A stretch of DNA of 64,000 nt from Hemiscyllium ocellatum (lineage: Eukaryota), in contig NC_083404.1 in NCBI RefSeq assembly GCF_020745735.1, positions 37,385,731 through 37,449,730 of the forward strand, in the 5' to 3' direction. The notes under the pieces were generated by a model. That model worked only from the letters and a program-made list of their open reading frames with translations. It ran no database searches and had not been told where the DNA came from. Below are positions 48,161-60,962 of this stretch, piece by piece. Every line of letters starts with the position of its first letter. Positions within the stretch are counted from its first letter, which is position 1. Made by a program: the position numbers and the translations under genes.

Positions 48161-50863
48161 TAAGAAGCTGATATGGGTACAATTGAACAAATGACTTTAA
48201 TTTGGACCACAATTATAGAAGGTATGTAAGCTTTAGCCTTAGGGTATCATAATAACACTAGGTTCCACTGATTGTAAATCTCTCGTCTGAGTGAATTTCT
48301 AAATTACTGATTCAGTGAATCCTTCCAAAAAAAAGCTCCGTGTGTTATCAGCTATTATTCAAACGTTTCTAGTCAGGTTCAGAAGGGTCTGTCCAATGAT
48401 ATCAGTGTATCATGCTAACTCACACTGATCTTATTCACACACTCATTGGAGTGGAACATATCCTTTGTGGGATTCACCTGACCACAGGATCATTCTGGCA
48501 ACTTGTGCATTGCCCTCTCTTAGACCTACCAACGGTAACTACATTTTAAGCTGTGTAAGTTGAATTCTCTTGAATTCTATAAACCTCTCTTCAATGTTGA
48601 ACTCACCTATATGAGTCTTCTTTTTATCATTACTTTTTACTGACCCTTAATTTTCCATAAAAAGGCAAAATTGTTATACTCTTACCAGAACAGAGGGCTG
48701 TTCATTCATTAGAGGGAGATGATTGGTGGTGGTCATCTTTATCTTCATCCAGGGTGTTCTCCATGATCAGCGAATGGTAGAACTATGAGGGGAGATATTG
48801 GAATCACGTTGTGAGATGACGATGCAATAAGTGGTCTTTGATTAAAAATCAGTTTTAAGGCAGGGAAGGAGTAATGTGGATCCCCACTATCTTGAGTATT
48901 GTGAGCAAAATGAAACACTAAACTATACAGAAAGGATTGTTCAGGTCTTGAAAGGCATAGAAAGAAAGGCAATTAAGTTAGTAAATGTGATTTAGCATTT
49001 GTGATTTGATGGGAGCTTAGCAAAAATAGGATGATGAGTATGAACCTTAATCCAGCAGCAGAAATGGAGCAAGTTCTCCAAGTCAAGAAAATAGAAACAT
49101 GGCTGAGGGATGGACAGGAATGGCAGCTTAATGTTCCAGGATGCAAATGCTACAGGAAGGACAGAAAGGGAGGCGAGAGAGGAGGGGGAGTGACATTTTT
49201 GATAAGGGATTGCATTACAGATGTACTGAGGGAGGATATTCTCAGAAATACATCCAGGGAAGTTATTTGGGTGGAACTGAGAAATAAGAAAGGGATGATC
49301 ACCTTATTGGGATTGGACTATAGACCCCCTAATAGTCAGAGGTGAATTGAGAAACAAATTTGTAAGGGGATCTCAGTTATCTGTAAGAATAATAGGGTGG
49401 TTGTGGTAGGGGATTTTAACTTTCCAAACATAGACTGGGACTGCCATAGTGTTAAGGGTTTAGATGGAGAGGAATTTGTTAAGCGTGTACAAAAAAATTT
49501 TTTGATTCAGTATGTGGATGTACCTACTAGAGAAAGTGCAAAACTTGACCTCATCTTGGGAAATAAGGCAGGGCAGGTGACTGAGGTGTCAGTGGGGGAG
49601 CATTTTGGGGCCAGCAACATAATTCTATTAGTTTTAAAATAGTGATGGAAAAAGATAGACCAGATCTAAAAGTTGAAGTTCTAAATTGGAGAAAGGCCAA
49701 TTTTGACAGTATTAAGCAAGAACTTTCAAAAGCTGATTGGGGGCAGATGTTCACAGGTAAAGGGACAGCTGGAATATGGCAATCCTTCATAAATTAGATA
49801 ACGAGAGTCCAGAGAAAGTATATTTCTATTAGGATGAAAAGAAAGGTTGGTACGTATAGGGAATGCTGGACGACTAAAGATATTGAGAGTTTGAGTAAGA
49901 AAAAGGAAGCATATGTCAGGTGTAAACAGGATATGTCAAGTGAATCCTTAGAAGATAGTAGGAGTGTACTTAAGAGAGAAATCAGGAGGGCAAAAAAGGG
50001 ACATGAGATAGCTTTAGCAAATAGAATTAAGGAGAATCAAAAGGGTTTTTATAAATATATTAACAACAAAAGAGTAACTAGGGAGAGAATAGGGCCCCTC
50101 AAAGATCAGCAAGGCAGCCTTTGTGTGGAGCCACAGAAAATGGGGGAGATACTAAACAAATATTTTGCATCAGTATTTACTGTGGAAAAGGACATGGAAG
50201 ATACAGAATGTAGGGAAGTAGATAGTGACATCTTGAAAAAATGTCCATATTACAGAGGAGGAAGTGCTGGATGTCTTGAAACACATAAAAGTGGATAAAT
50301 CCCTAGGACCTGATCTGGTGTACCCTAGAACTCTGTGGGAAGCTAGGGAAGTGATTGCTGGGCCTCTTACTGAGATATTTGTAACATCAATAGTCACAGT
50401 GAGGTGCCAGAAGACTGGCGATTGGCTAATGTGGTGCCACTGTTTAAGAAATGTGGTAAGGACAAGCCAGAGAACTATAGACCAGTGAGCCTGATATCAG
50501 TGGTGGGCAAGTTACTGATTCATAGAGATGTACAGCATGGAAACAGACCCTTCGGCCCAATTTGTCCATGCTGACCAGATATCCCAACCCAATCTAGTCC
50601 CACCTACCAACACCTGGCCCATATCCCCCCAAACCTTTCCTATTTATATACCCATCCAGATGCCTTTTAAATGTTGCAATTGTACTAGCTTCCACCACTT
50701 CCTCTGACAGCTCATTCTATACACATACCACCCTCTGTGTGAAAACGTTGCCCCTTTTATGTCTTTCTCCTCTCACCCTAAACCTATGCCCTCTAGTTCT
50801 GGACTCCCCTACTCCAGGGAAAAGATGTTGTCTATTTATCCTATTGTTGCCCCTCATGATTTT

Positions 50864-52565
50864 TTTTAAAGATATTTTTATTAGAAATTTAATATTTTGA
50901 CAAATTTACAAAAATAAACAGAACTTTCAAGCACAAACATTAATATAAAAATAGATCTTAAATATATAATCATCAAAATTCAAAGGAATGATACTAAAGA
51001 AGAAAGAAAAACAATGAAACTCAGTTAACTACTAATCTAATCCACAATTATCCAGAGTGTATAGTTGAGTCACTTACATCCTTCAAACAAGAAAAAAGTT
51101 CTCTAATACACTCATAACAGTATAATAAAAAGGAAACTATTTCCAAACAATAAGAACAAAAAAAAACATGTTTGAATGGAGATCCTCCCCCTTATTCTCA
51201 GGGGGCCTTACTTCCTTTCTAAAGGTCCACCATATCCTCTCCCAAACAGTGTCCCACCCTTGACCCGGGCGCTCCTTAATAGGATTTAGATATAATACCG
51301 AGCTAGAGTTAACAGTGAGCGCCCCACCCCCACCCCTCCCCACCCATACCTGAGTATATCTGATAGCATCAATGCCACATACAAACACCCATAACTATAA
51401 AATTACAACTCCAACAAATTACAGTTAAGTATAATAACATAAAATAGCAAGGGAAGACAACCCTGCTCCCAGAAGCAAAAGTAAAGTAGAGTAAAGTATC
51501 CATTTCTCCCCACGGAGTGTGGAAGAGGCAAGCCAACATAAATTGTCTCTTACGATTTATTTAAACGAGTCTAAAAGTTCCTTAGCCTCTTCTGGTGATC
51601 TAAAATTATACTCGGATCCTTCGTGGGTAAAGCATAACGTCGCTGGGTAGCGTAAGGTGTATTGAATATTTAAGTTCCGTAGACATTTCTTCACCTCATC
51701 AAACGCCTTCCTCCTTCGTGCCAAAGCCGGGGAGAAGTCCTGAAATAACATAATCTTGGATCCTTCATGAATCATAGCTTTAGGATCCTTTCCAAGCTTT
51801 CTGGAGGCGTCCAGGAGTATCTGCCTCTCCCTATAACTCTGCAGCCGGAACAGGACCGGGCGTGGGCGCTGGTTTGGGCCAGATCCGCGTACTGCGACCC
51901 GGTAGGCCCACTCCACCCTTACCCGGTCAGTTTCAGCCCCCAGGTTTAAAAGCTGGGGCAACCATCGCTCCAGAAATACTACTAACTGTCCCTTCTCTTC
52001 TTGTTCAGGGAGGCCCAGAAGACGGATATTCTTTCTCCGATTTCTATTATCCAGGTCATCCATGTAGATTTCAAAGGCCCGGACTCTCTGCTCCAGAGCT
52101 CGCACCTGTTCTGCAGCTGTTTGTGCTGCAGCCTCGGAGGTCGTGGCCTTTAGCTCCGCCCCCTCCACTCGGCCCTGCAATTCCTCGAGAGCCTGGCTGT
52201 TCTTTTGTAGCTTTTCTTTGAATGCATTCCATCTCTGTCTGGATTCTGTGATGAAATTGACGAATGTCGTTTCCAGCCTGGCAATCATCTCTTCAAGGCC
52301 TGTTTTTACATCAGCTGCAGCCGGAGGAGGAGAGGAGGGTGGGGGAGGGGTCTTTGTTTTCTGAGAGCTGCGGGATCCCTTTGGTTTACTCATTATCCAC
52401 TTAATATTAAACTGCTTAAATATAATAGTAAACAGCTAGTTAAGGTTAGAAAATTTTTTTGGGTGGTTTGGTAAGTGTGGTGGGGGTGAGTAACTCACTT
52501 TACCCAGGTTTTGGGAAGAGCACTGTAAACTCAGACTTGCTGAGTCGCCGCCATCTTGGATCTCC
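50864..52565 (-). mobile_element. L1-clade element, 1.7 kb, with intact ORF1 and no ORF2 (HAL1-like); 15-bp TSD
   Basis: TSD gcccctcatgatttt (50849-50863 / 52566-52580); 5' end GGAGATCCAAGATGGCGGCG (YY1-type); AATAAA and a short poly(A) at the 3' end. Confidence 0.88.
51557..52393 (-). CDS. L1 ORF1p (coiled coil, RRM, CTD), 278 aa, uninterrupted
   Basis: DLDNRNRRKNIRLLGLPE, RPRPVLFRL, IMLFQDFSPALARRRKAF and YTLRYPATL are hallmark L1 ORF1p motifs. Confidence 0.92.
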   Translation of the reverse strand: MSKPKGSRSSQKTKTPPPPSSPPPAAADVKTGLEEMIARLETTFVNFITESRQRWNAFKEKLQKNSQALEELQGRVEGAELKATTSEAAAQTAAEQVRALEQRVRAFEIYMDDLDNRNRRKNIRLLGLPEQEEKGQLVVFLERWLPQLLNLGAETDRVRVEWAYRVAVRGSGPNQRPRPVLFRLQSYRERQILLDASRKLGKDPKAMIHEGSKIMLFQDFSPALARRRKAFDEVKKCLRNLNIQYTLRYPATLCFTHEGSEYNFRSPEEAKELLDSFK

Positions 52566-55208
52566 GCCCCTCATGATTTTATAAAACTCTGTAAGGTCAC
52601 CCCTCAGCTTCTGATGCTCCAGGGAAAACAGCCCTAGACTATTCAACCTCTCCCTATAGCTCAAATTCTTCAATCCTGGCAGCATCCTTGTAAAGGAAAT
52701 ACGTGTATTTGGAAAGGTAAGGACTGATTAGGGATAGTCAACATGGTTTTATGTGTAGGAAATCATGTCTCACAAACTTGATTGAATTTTTTGAAGAAGT
52801 AACAAAGAGGATTGATGAGGCCAGAGTGGTAGATGTAATCTGTATGGACTTCAGTAAGGCATTCAACAATGTTCTCCATTGGAGACTGGTTAGCAAGGTT
52901 AGAACTCATGGAATACAGGGAGAACAATCCATTTGGATACAGAAGTAGCTCAAAGGTACAAGACAGAGGGTGGTGGTGGAGGGTTGTTTTTCAGGCTGGA
53001 AGCCTGTGACCAGTGGAGTGCCACAAGGATCAGTGCTGGACCCTCTATTTTTCATCATGTATATAAATGATTTGGAGGTGAACACAAGAGGTATAGTTAG
53101 AAATTTTGCAACTGACACCAAAAATTGGAGGTGTAGTGGACAGCAAAGAAGGTTACCTCAGATTACAACAGGATCTTGATCAGATGGGTCAATGAGCTGA
53201 GAAGTGTCAGATGGAGTTTAATTCAGATAAATGCGAGGTACTGAATTTTGGGAAAGCAAATCTTAGCAGGATTTATACACTTAATGGTGAGGTCCTAGGG
53301 AGTGTTGTTGAACAAAGAGACCTTGGAGTGCAGGTTCATAGCTCCTTGAAAGTGGAGTCACAGGTAGATAGGTGAGTGAAGAAGGCATTTGGTTTGCTTT
53401 CCTTTATTGGTCGGAGTATTGAATACAGGAGTTGGGAGGTCATGTTGCAGCTGGTCAGGACGTTGGTTGGGCTACTGTTGGAATATTGTGTGCAATTCTG
53501 GTCTCCTTCCTATTGGAAAGATGTTGTGAAACCTGAACGGGTCCGAAAAGGTTTAAAGAATGTTGCTAGGGTTGGAGGATTTGAGCTATAGGGAGAGGTT
53601 GAACAGGCTAGGGTTGATTTCCCTGGAGTGTTGGAGGCTGAGGGGCAACTTATTGAGATTTACAAAGTTATGAGGGGCAATGCGTAGGATGAATAGACAA
53701 AGTCTTTTCCCTGGAGTGGGGGAGTTCAGAACTAGGAGGCATAAGTTTAGGGTGAGAGGGGAAAGAAATAAAATAGACCTAAGGGGCATCTTTTTCATGC
53801 AGAGGGTAGTACGTGTATAGAATGAACTGCCAGAGGAAATAGTGGAGGCTAGTATAATTGCAACATTTAAAAGTCATCTGAATGGGTATATGAATAGGAA
53901 GGGTTGGAGGGATATGGGCCAGGTGCTGGCAGGTGGGACTAGATTGGGTTGGGTTATCTGGTCAGCGTGGATAAGTTGAACTGAAGGGTCTGTTTCCATG
54001 CTATACATCTCCATGACTCTATGACTCTAAAGTGATCAATGTTTTTGTTAGACTGTTTTTGAAGGATGCAGGGCAAAAATAGAGTGTAAACTGCTTGACC
54101 TTTGAGATCAGCAGAATGGATAAGTATGATTTTTCCATTCCTTTGTGACCCACATATATTAACTGGGTAGCTGATTTTGTGAGGAATATTAAACTGAGCA
54201 GTTGAGTTAGATTTATTGAGTTCATGTGTTGAGCTTGTTCAAATCATGAAAATGTTAACTATCAGTTGGATTGGCTTGCTCAAATTATTGACCCACAAGT
54301 GAGAAAATCAGTGGAAGCTAAGTCATTAAATTTTTTAACGGCAAAGGTCTATAAATTAAGATGGGATTGAGTGAAATGCAATGTCACAATATTCAAGATG
54401 ATGGGCCAAGTGCTGGAAAGTGGAACTCGTGTAGATTTAGAATAGTTTATTTTTTCAGTGCAAACTCAATTGGCCAAAGATCCTCCTTTGTCTAATATGA
54501 TTGTATGATAAAGATTTTTGAGGACAGATCAGAATGTGGAATTGAAACATGAACAGATTGACCATGATCTCATTCATTGATGGAGAAAGCGTGAGGGGCC
54601 AAATGGTGTACTTCTGCTTCTTTTTTAATGTTTGTTTAAATACTTATCCACTTCATACAAAAGTTGGAATTGATGCCAAAGATCAGTCATGATAGTATTG
54701 AACAGTGGTGCAGCATCTATATACTGTACAGTTTACTCCTGCTCCTATTGCTTATGTTTCATTAAAGACAGGAATTATGGTGGGTGGATGTCAAATTTAG
54801 GTATGTGTTCAGTGAGCTATATCAGGGTGATGACGATTGGAGTAACTCCAGGCTTCTTCATTGCTGGATGATATAATCATACCGTAAAACTCCTGAATCA
54901 AGTGTTTATCAGAACAAAACATGACTTCACATGGAAGCAATGCAACAGATAGATGCAGATGCAGTCTTTCAATGATGTCAATAATGTCTTATTTTCTGTG
55001 TCCTGTGCATGTTTAGTCAGCTCAAATCCTCTGTAAAAAAAGGATCATCAACGCAAATCCTTTATTGGAAATAATATTTTCAGAGCACTATCCATTGTTC
55101 GCTTACATATATCTCTGGCAACTATTTCACATTCAACAAGGGAAAATCTTTACCATGGCTTTGAATTAAATCATCAGTAGCCTTGGTTCCACTGCAATTT
55201 AATCCTAC

Positions 55209-55477
55209 TGGTTCCGTTCCAGCCTCAGGCAACTGCCTGTTTGCACATTCTCCCCGTGTCTACGTTGGTTTCCTCCCACAATCCAAGGTTGTGCAGGTTA
55301 GGTGAACTGGCCATGCTAAATTGCCAAAACTGTTCAGGGATGTGTGGTTTAGGTTCATAATAAGGGGTAAATGTCGAGTAGTAGGGCAATCGGTCTGGGT
55401 GGGCTACTCTCTGGAGGGTTGGTGTGGACTTGTTGGGCCAAATGGCCTGTTTCCACAGTGTAGGGATTCTATGATTC
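55209..55477 (+). mobile_element. HE1-like SINE
   Basis: gcacattctccccgtgtct ... gggccaaatggcctgtttccacagtgtagggattctatg. Confidence 0.82.
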
Positions 55478-56024
55478 GGCTATAGTTACATTCGACAAAA
55501 TGGGCTGACCAACTCTGTACAATGAGTTGCTCTGATATAATAGACTGGTTCAAAAACCAACAGCAACGAAGCTGGCAAATGTGTGAGACATTGGCAGGAA
55601 GAGCCTGTAGAATGGTTTGAAAATGATCATTTAGAACTTGTATTGCAACAGCACTTTCCATAGGCTTCACAGACTGTGCAGTAATGTGAAAGGATGGTGA
55701 CTGCTCCAAAAGGAAACACGCCAGGCTGTTTGGCTCAGCAAGTTCTCAGACAGGGAATCTGCTCGTGTAATGTTGGTTAAGAGATAGATATTGGTCCCAG
55801 GACACGGGAGAGAATAGAAAGATGAAAATAGCGAACATAAATATTTGATTTTTTCAATATTTCAAATATTTAGTTGCAGCATCAATAGTAATTCCAACCG
55901 GTTCTACCCAATCCTCCCCACTCCCCGAGACGGAAGAATTGAAAGCCTGTGACCGAGCCGGAGAATGAACTGAATCTGGAATCTAAAGGCGGAATATTTA
56001 GCTGAAAACCAAAAAAATGTGGAA

Positions 56025-56200
56025 ATCAGAAGCAAAACGGAAATTGCAGGAAAAACTCAGCAGACTGGCAGCATCTGTGGAGAAAAAGCAAAATTAACAT
56101 TTCTTCAGAACTTGAGTCATTACACCCGAAACATTCATTTTGAGTTCTCTCCGCAGATGCTGCCAGACCTGCTGAGTTTTTGTCTGTTTTGGTTTTGTTT
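56025..56200. mobile_element. Inverted pair of pLTR-like fragments (third family) forming a hairpin
   Basis: Arms aaaactcagcagactggcagcatctgtggag... (from 56052) and ...ctccgcagatgctgccagacctgctgagtttt (to 56180). Confidence 0.7.
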
Positions 56201-57449
56201 CGAATATTTGGCTATTGTGTGAGAAGTCCGTTCTGAGCTCGTTGCAGAAAGTAGCAGAAGTTTCATTCTTCCCAGTCCTGAAATCTCCAGATTATAGAAA
56301 CTCGTTTCATAAAATGCAACAGAAACGGGACAAGCTCCTTTACGCTAGTGACTATAAGTCTCACAGCGATTTGCTGACGAGCGATCGATCTGCAAATGGG
56401 GGCCTCATTGTATTCAGTCTAGCTAGAGAGCACAGCCAGGTCGAGAAGTCCGTGACTGTAAATCAGTTTAACTGGTATTTTATTTATCTGTGGACAATTA
56501 CCGAGAGTGACATCGTCATTATCAATAAAGCGTAAACATTAGGATTGATTCTGAGTCATTTCACTTACTTTGAGTTGGTGTCACTAAACCTGAACTCCCA
56601 GAGTTGTGCCTTGTATTGTTCAACTACTGTCTATTCCCCGATTGGTGATAAAGCACGGCCTATTCCATTAGCCTGATCAGGTATTTGGGTTCTTGCTGAT
56701 GTTGGCTGCTCAGACAGCGGCAACCATGCAGCGCTGTCCCTATCAAAAGGGATACAGGGACTAAACACGAACTTTTCCAACATGGCTGGCTTCTTTGTCA
56801 GTTTATGACAATTTCTGTTTCGTGCAATGGGCCCGAGAAGCAGAATCAGCAAAGGTCAAAGTATTCAGAAACTCGCATGCTTTTCCATGAATATAAATTA
56901 CACATCCGCAAAGGGAGAGTGTCTCGGGGTATATGATTTTTAGACTGTTAGATAAACAACCAACTTAAAAGGTTCTGAAGGGTCACTGCACTCGAAAAAA
57001 TGACTGTTTTCTCTGCACAGTTTCTGCCAGACTGGAGTTTCTCCAGCAATTTCTGTTGTTGCGTTTATTATTTACTTATCAGAATCAAACGAATTGTCAG
57101 TAAAGATCTGGTCATCTGTAAGGAGTTTGCTTATTCCTTATAGCTTAGAGGCCGCTGTTCACTTTATAAGAACCCAGAGCGGGCCAGCAGTATGGATATT
57201 CCAACCCGGGGCACTGGGGTATGTTACCATATTAAAGGTGCTACATAAATGTAAGGTGCTGCCTTTGTAACAGGCTCTCCCTAATCCCTTGGGGACAGAC
57301 ATTTTTGGACATCTCTGCATTCCGAGCCTGAACCTCAAGTTTCCAAGTGTATACTGAACTCTGAGAGACCGCAGGGGAAGAAAAACACGAGAACAAAACG
57401 GAAATCAAATGACGCTTGGAATGAGTTGGATCAGACTCTCAGCACTGGC

Positions 57450-57960
57450 TGTTCCTGAGTTGGGGGTTGCTCATCGAACGGCATTACAAGCCTGGGGACT
57501 TTTTAAAAATCTCTCTCTCTTTTCGCTTACTTTTCCTCGCTTCCACCCGAGCTTCATACTATCGGCCGCCTGTTTATTGTCGGAGCGGTGTTAGTTTTCA
57601 CATCATCCCAACATTTACCCTCCCTGTAACATATCGTGTGGATAAAGCCGCTGCGGAACTTCCCAGCCACTTCCAGTTCTCGCTGTGTCTCCTGCTCGCC
57701 TGACTTCGGTGTGGTTTCGGTGCAGTATTCACCTGCTCATTGCTCTCTCTCTCTCTCTGCCCCGGGGTGTGCGTGAACGGATCTATCCCCTGTTGAGCCC
57801 AGTTTGGTCTACTCCTCTGTCGCTCTCCGTCTTGCCATTCTCCCAGTGATGGCTCCACGCTCTCGCCCACAGTTCCTCGCCGTCCTGAGGATCGCTTGTC
57901 TGCTCATGGTCACCCGCGTCCAGGTCCGAGCACACGGTCAGTCCACTCTCTGACAATGCG
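57450..57960 (+). promoter_or_regulatory. CpG-rich promoter/5'UTR region of SUSD5, including a short (CT)n run
   Basis: Local CpG enrichment against a CpG-poor background, directly upstream of and overlapping coding exon 1. Confidence 0.55.
57849..57936 (+). CDS. SUSD5: SUSD5 coding exon 1 (signal peptide)
   Basis: ATG at 57849 gives MAPRSRPQFLAVLRIACLLMVTRVQVRAH-G with a phase-1 donor G|GTCAGT. The hydrophobic signal peptide ends VRAHG, resembling VRADG as I recall from human SUSD5, and splices in frame to the exon at 60963. Confidence 0.8.
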
Positions 57961-58385
57961 AGTTTGCAAACAGACTGCGCCGTTGGAAACGCTTTTTTTT
58001 TAAAGATGGGATTTGCTTCAAATAAAGTTGCATTCTAAAGTAATTTCTGATCAGTTACGCAGGCGAATGCAGAATAATGCCTGATAAGATTGGAAGACTC
58101 TTTTAAGGGATAGATGTGCAGAACGCCACGTGTTTTTTTTAAATCTTGAAGTATTTGTTCAATTCCGTTTTGAAATTTATTCTTGAAACTGGTTCCAGAT
58201 TGAAGCAGCGCACTGCATAAAATGAATTCTCCCCATTTTCCCTTTGGATCTTCCGCCAATGAGCTCAAATCGGTGTGCCCTGGTCGTCGCTGACCCTCTT
58301 GTCAGTGGAAACGATTTCCCTTCATTTAATGTTCGAACTCTCTAGATCGTTTGTTTTTACACCCGTAATAAATTCTCCTTTAACA

Positions 58386-58586
58386 GGGCAGCACGGTGGT
58401 TAGCACTGCTGCCTCACAGCGCCAGAGACTCGGGTTCAATTCTCGCCTCAGGCAACTCTCTGTGTGGAGTTTGCACATTCTCCCCGTGTCTGCGTGGGTT
58501 TCCTTCGGGTGCTCCGGTTTCCTCACACAGTCCAAAGATGTACAGGTCAGGTGAATTTTGGCCTTTGGGCCTGTTTCCACACTGTA
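58386..58586 (+). mobile_element. HE1-like SINE in SUSD5 intron 1
   Basis: gggcagcacggtggttagcactgctgcctcacagcgccagagactcgggttcaattc head. Confidence 0.88.
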
Positions 58587-59869
58587 TCGAATTTAACCAT
58601 TCCCTGCTCTAAGGAGAACGATCACTGAAATTCCGCAGCCACTGCACCTTCTCCAAGTCCTGTGGCAATGGAAGAGGAGTCTGTCCCTGAACAGAGTTTA
58701 GATCATTGGAACTGGGGTAGGCCATCTATTCCCGGGAGCCTGTTCCACCCAACCAGTTAGGTATTGGCTACATTTTATCGCCAACTACCTGCTTTGGTTT
58801 TATAATCGTGAATAGCCTTCCCTACCAAAATAAACTATCAACATGTTTTTAAATTTTCAATTGGTTCCTAACTTCAATTTTGGGAAGAGAATCTCTAGAT
58901 TTCCACTTCCCTATCTGTGAAGAAGTGCTTCCTGACATCACCCCTGAAACAGTATGTCTCTACTTTTAAAGAAATGCAGCCCCCTTGTTCTGGACTTCCC
59001 CACCGGAGGTAATAATTTCCTTCTATTGACCTGACCGAATCCTTAAATCATCTTAACCATCTTAATTAGATGTCGCCTTAATAGTCTTTATTCAAGGTAA
59101 TGCTACATACCCACATCATTTAAACCTTTTTATCCCAGACATCATAGAATGTAGGGCCTAAATTTATGAAGAATTTATGCTGCAATAAAATCGCAGCACT
59201 TTAACATCAGAGTTTGATTTGCTTTCATAGCTATGGACCGAAGATTTGTGCATCCTTCTGAGCACAACCAAATCGTAGTGCTAAGTTTTTATTGCATTTC
59301 AAATGTTTGAGGGCAAAATAGACCAATGAGGTGGATAAAGTTTCATGACCTAATTGTGTGTAAACAAAATCAAGGGTTCGAGTCTCCAAAGTATTAACTG
59401 AACACAGCATCTGTATCTGTGCAGTACTGCCTCACTGCTGCATTGCAGTCTCAGGCTAGATTATTATACACTAAAGTCTCTGAAGCGAGGCGTCATGACT
59501 CCTATAACACATTATTTTGTAAAGAACGGGAAGCGTTATTAATGGTGAAAGCATTATTTCAAAAACATTGAAAAGGGCAGCTTTTTAAAATTCTTTATGT
59601 TTAAATCATTCCATTTGTAGAGGGACGCATGATAGAATTGAGAGGTTAGATTAAATAACAATTTGGAGGAGAGGTACGAGCAGAGACTTTCTTATGCATT
59701 GAGTGAGACTCTAGAATCACTATCAGAGTCATTGATTTTAAACAAGAACCATGTCAGTATTTGAGAAGAGAGATGTGGTGGAACAGAGAAAGAACAGAGG
59801 TGAAAGTAGACCAGGTATGTGGGATTTGGATGTAATTCAGATGAGTCATAAACACTAACATGGACGATT

Positions 59870-60128
59870 TAAATTACTTACAGTGTGGAAACAGGCCCTT
59901 CGGCACCAACCAATCCTCCGAAGAGCGACCCACCCAGACCCATTCCCCTACACCTAACACTACGGGCAATTTAGCATGGCCAATTCACCTAACCTGCACA
60001 CTTTTGGACTGTGGGAGGAAACTCACGCAGACACGGGGCGAATGTGCAAACTCCACACAGGCAGTTGGCTGAGGTGGGAATTGAACCCGGGTCTCTGGCG
60101 CTGTGAGGCAGCGGTGCTAACCAGTGCT
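59870..60128 (-). mobile_element. HE1-like SINE in SUSD5 intron 1
   Basis: Reverse head gggaattgaacccgggtctctggcgctgtgaggcagcggtgctaacc. Confidence 0.88.
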
Positions 60129-60962
60129 AACCATGATTACTTGTTTATTAAATCGCTGCGAATTTATAGGTTTCTGATTCTTTCATAAGTGGAATCTTTC
60201 ACTATAGATCCAGAAAGAGAAGGGTGGGGAGAATGAAAAAAAACCTTAGTCGATAAAAGCTGGACATCTCTAATACGGTTGTGTAGAGAAGGACTGTCCG
60301 GGTTAAATTGGCGACACGGAACTACAAGGATCATAGTGAGCTCAAAATGAAATTACTGTGGATGATGGAAATCTGAAAAATAAGAAACGATGGGAAAAAT
60401 AATCAGGTCAGGCAGCATCTATGGAGAGAGACAGCGTTAATATTTCAGGTCATAGCTTTTCGTTATAGCTGGAAAAAGTTGGAGAAGTCTGTTTTTTTAC
60501 AAACACACCGGCAAGAAGGAAGGGGGAGAGATCAAAAAGGAAGGGCCAGCGAAAGAGAGGAAGGCAGGAGAACTGAAATGATGCCGTTTACGATGTACGA
60601 GGTAAACGAGGGAAGATAATGAGACACGTGTAAAGAAAAGACGAGCCTAAAGAAAGTGCTAATGGAACAAACTTTATCAGAAGACGCTGTCTGAGGAAAT
60701 AGAAGCCATGATTATAATCTAAAATGATTACATTCAATGTTAAGTTCGGAATATTGTTAAAAGAGAAGTTTAATGAAACCTAGGTTTCTTTGGGGCTACA
60801 TTAGAAGTGCAACAGGTGGTTCCAGTGCTGAACCAAGAACATCAAAGTCAATAAAATTAATTGTGAATGAACAGCCGTGATGGAGTTCGGTCACTTTACA
60901 TCCAGACCATTCTGGGAGTGGAAATTCGAGGCAGTGTCTTATTATATTTTTTCTTATCCCAG

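Larger units (their letters stand above)
49085..54030 (+). mobile_element. Long CR1-type LINE ORF2 remnant interrupted by nested inserts at ~50518-52695
   Basis: APE motifs (GDFNFP, LDLILGN) and RT motifs; the reading broken after gtggtgggcaagttactg resumes near 52696; 3' tail at ~54030. Confidence 0.9.
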
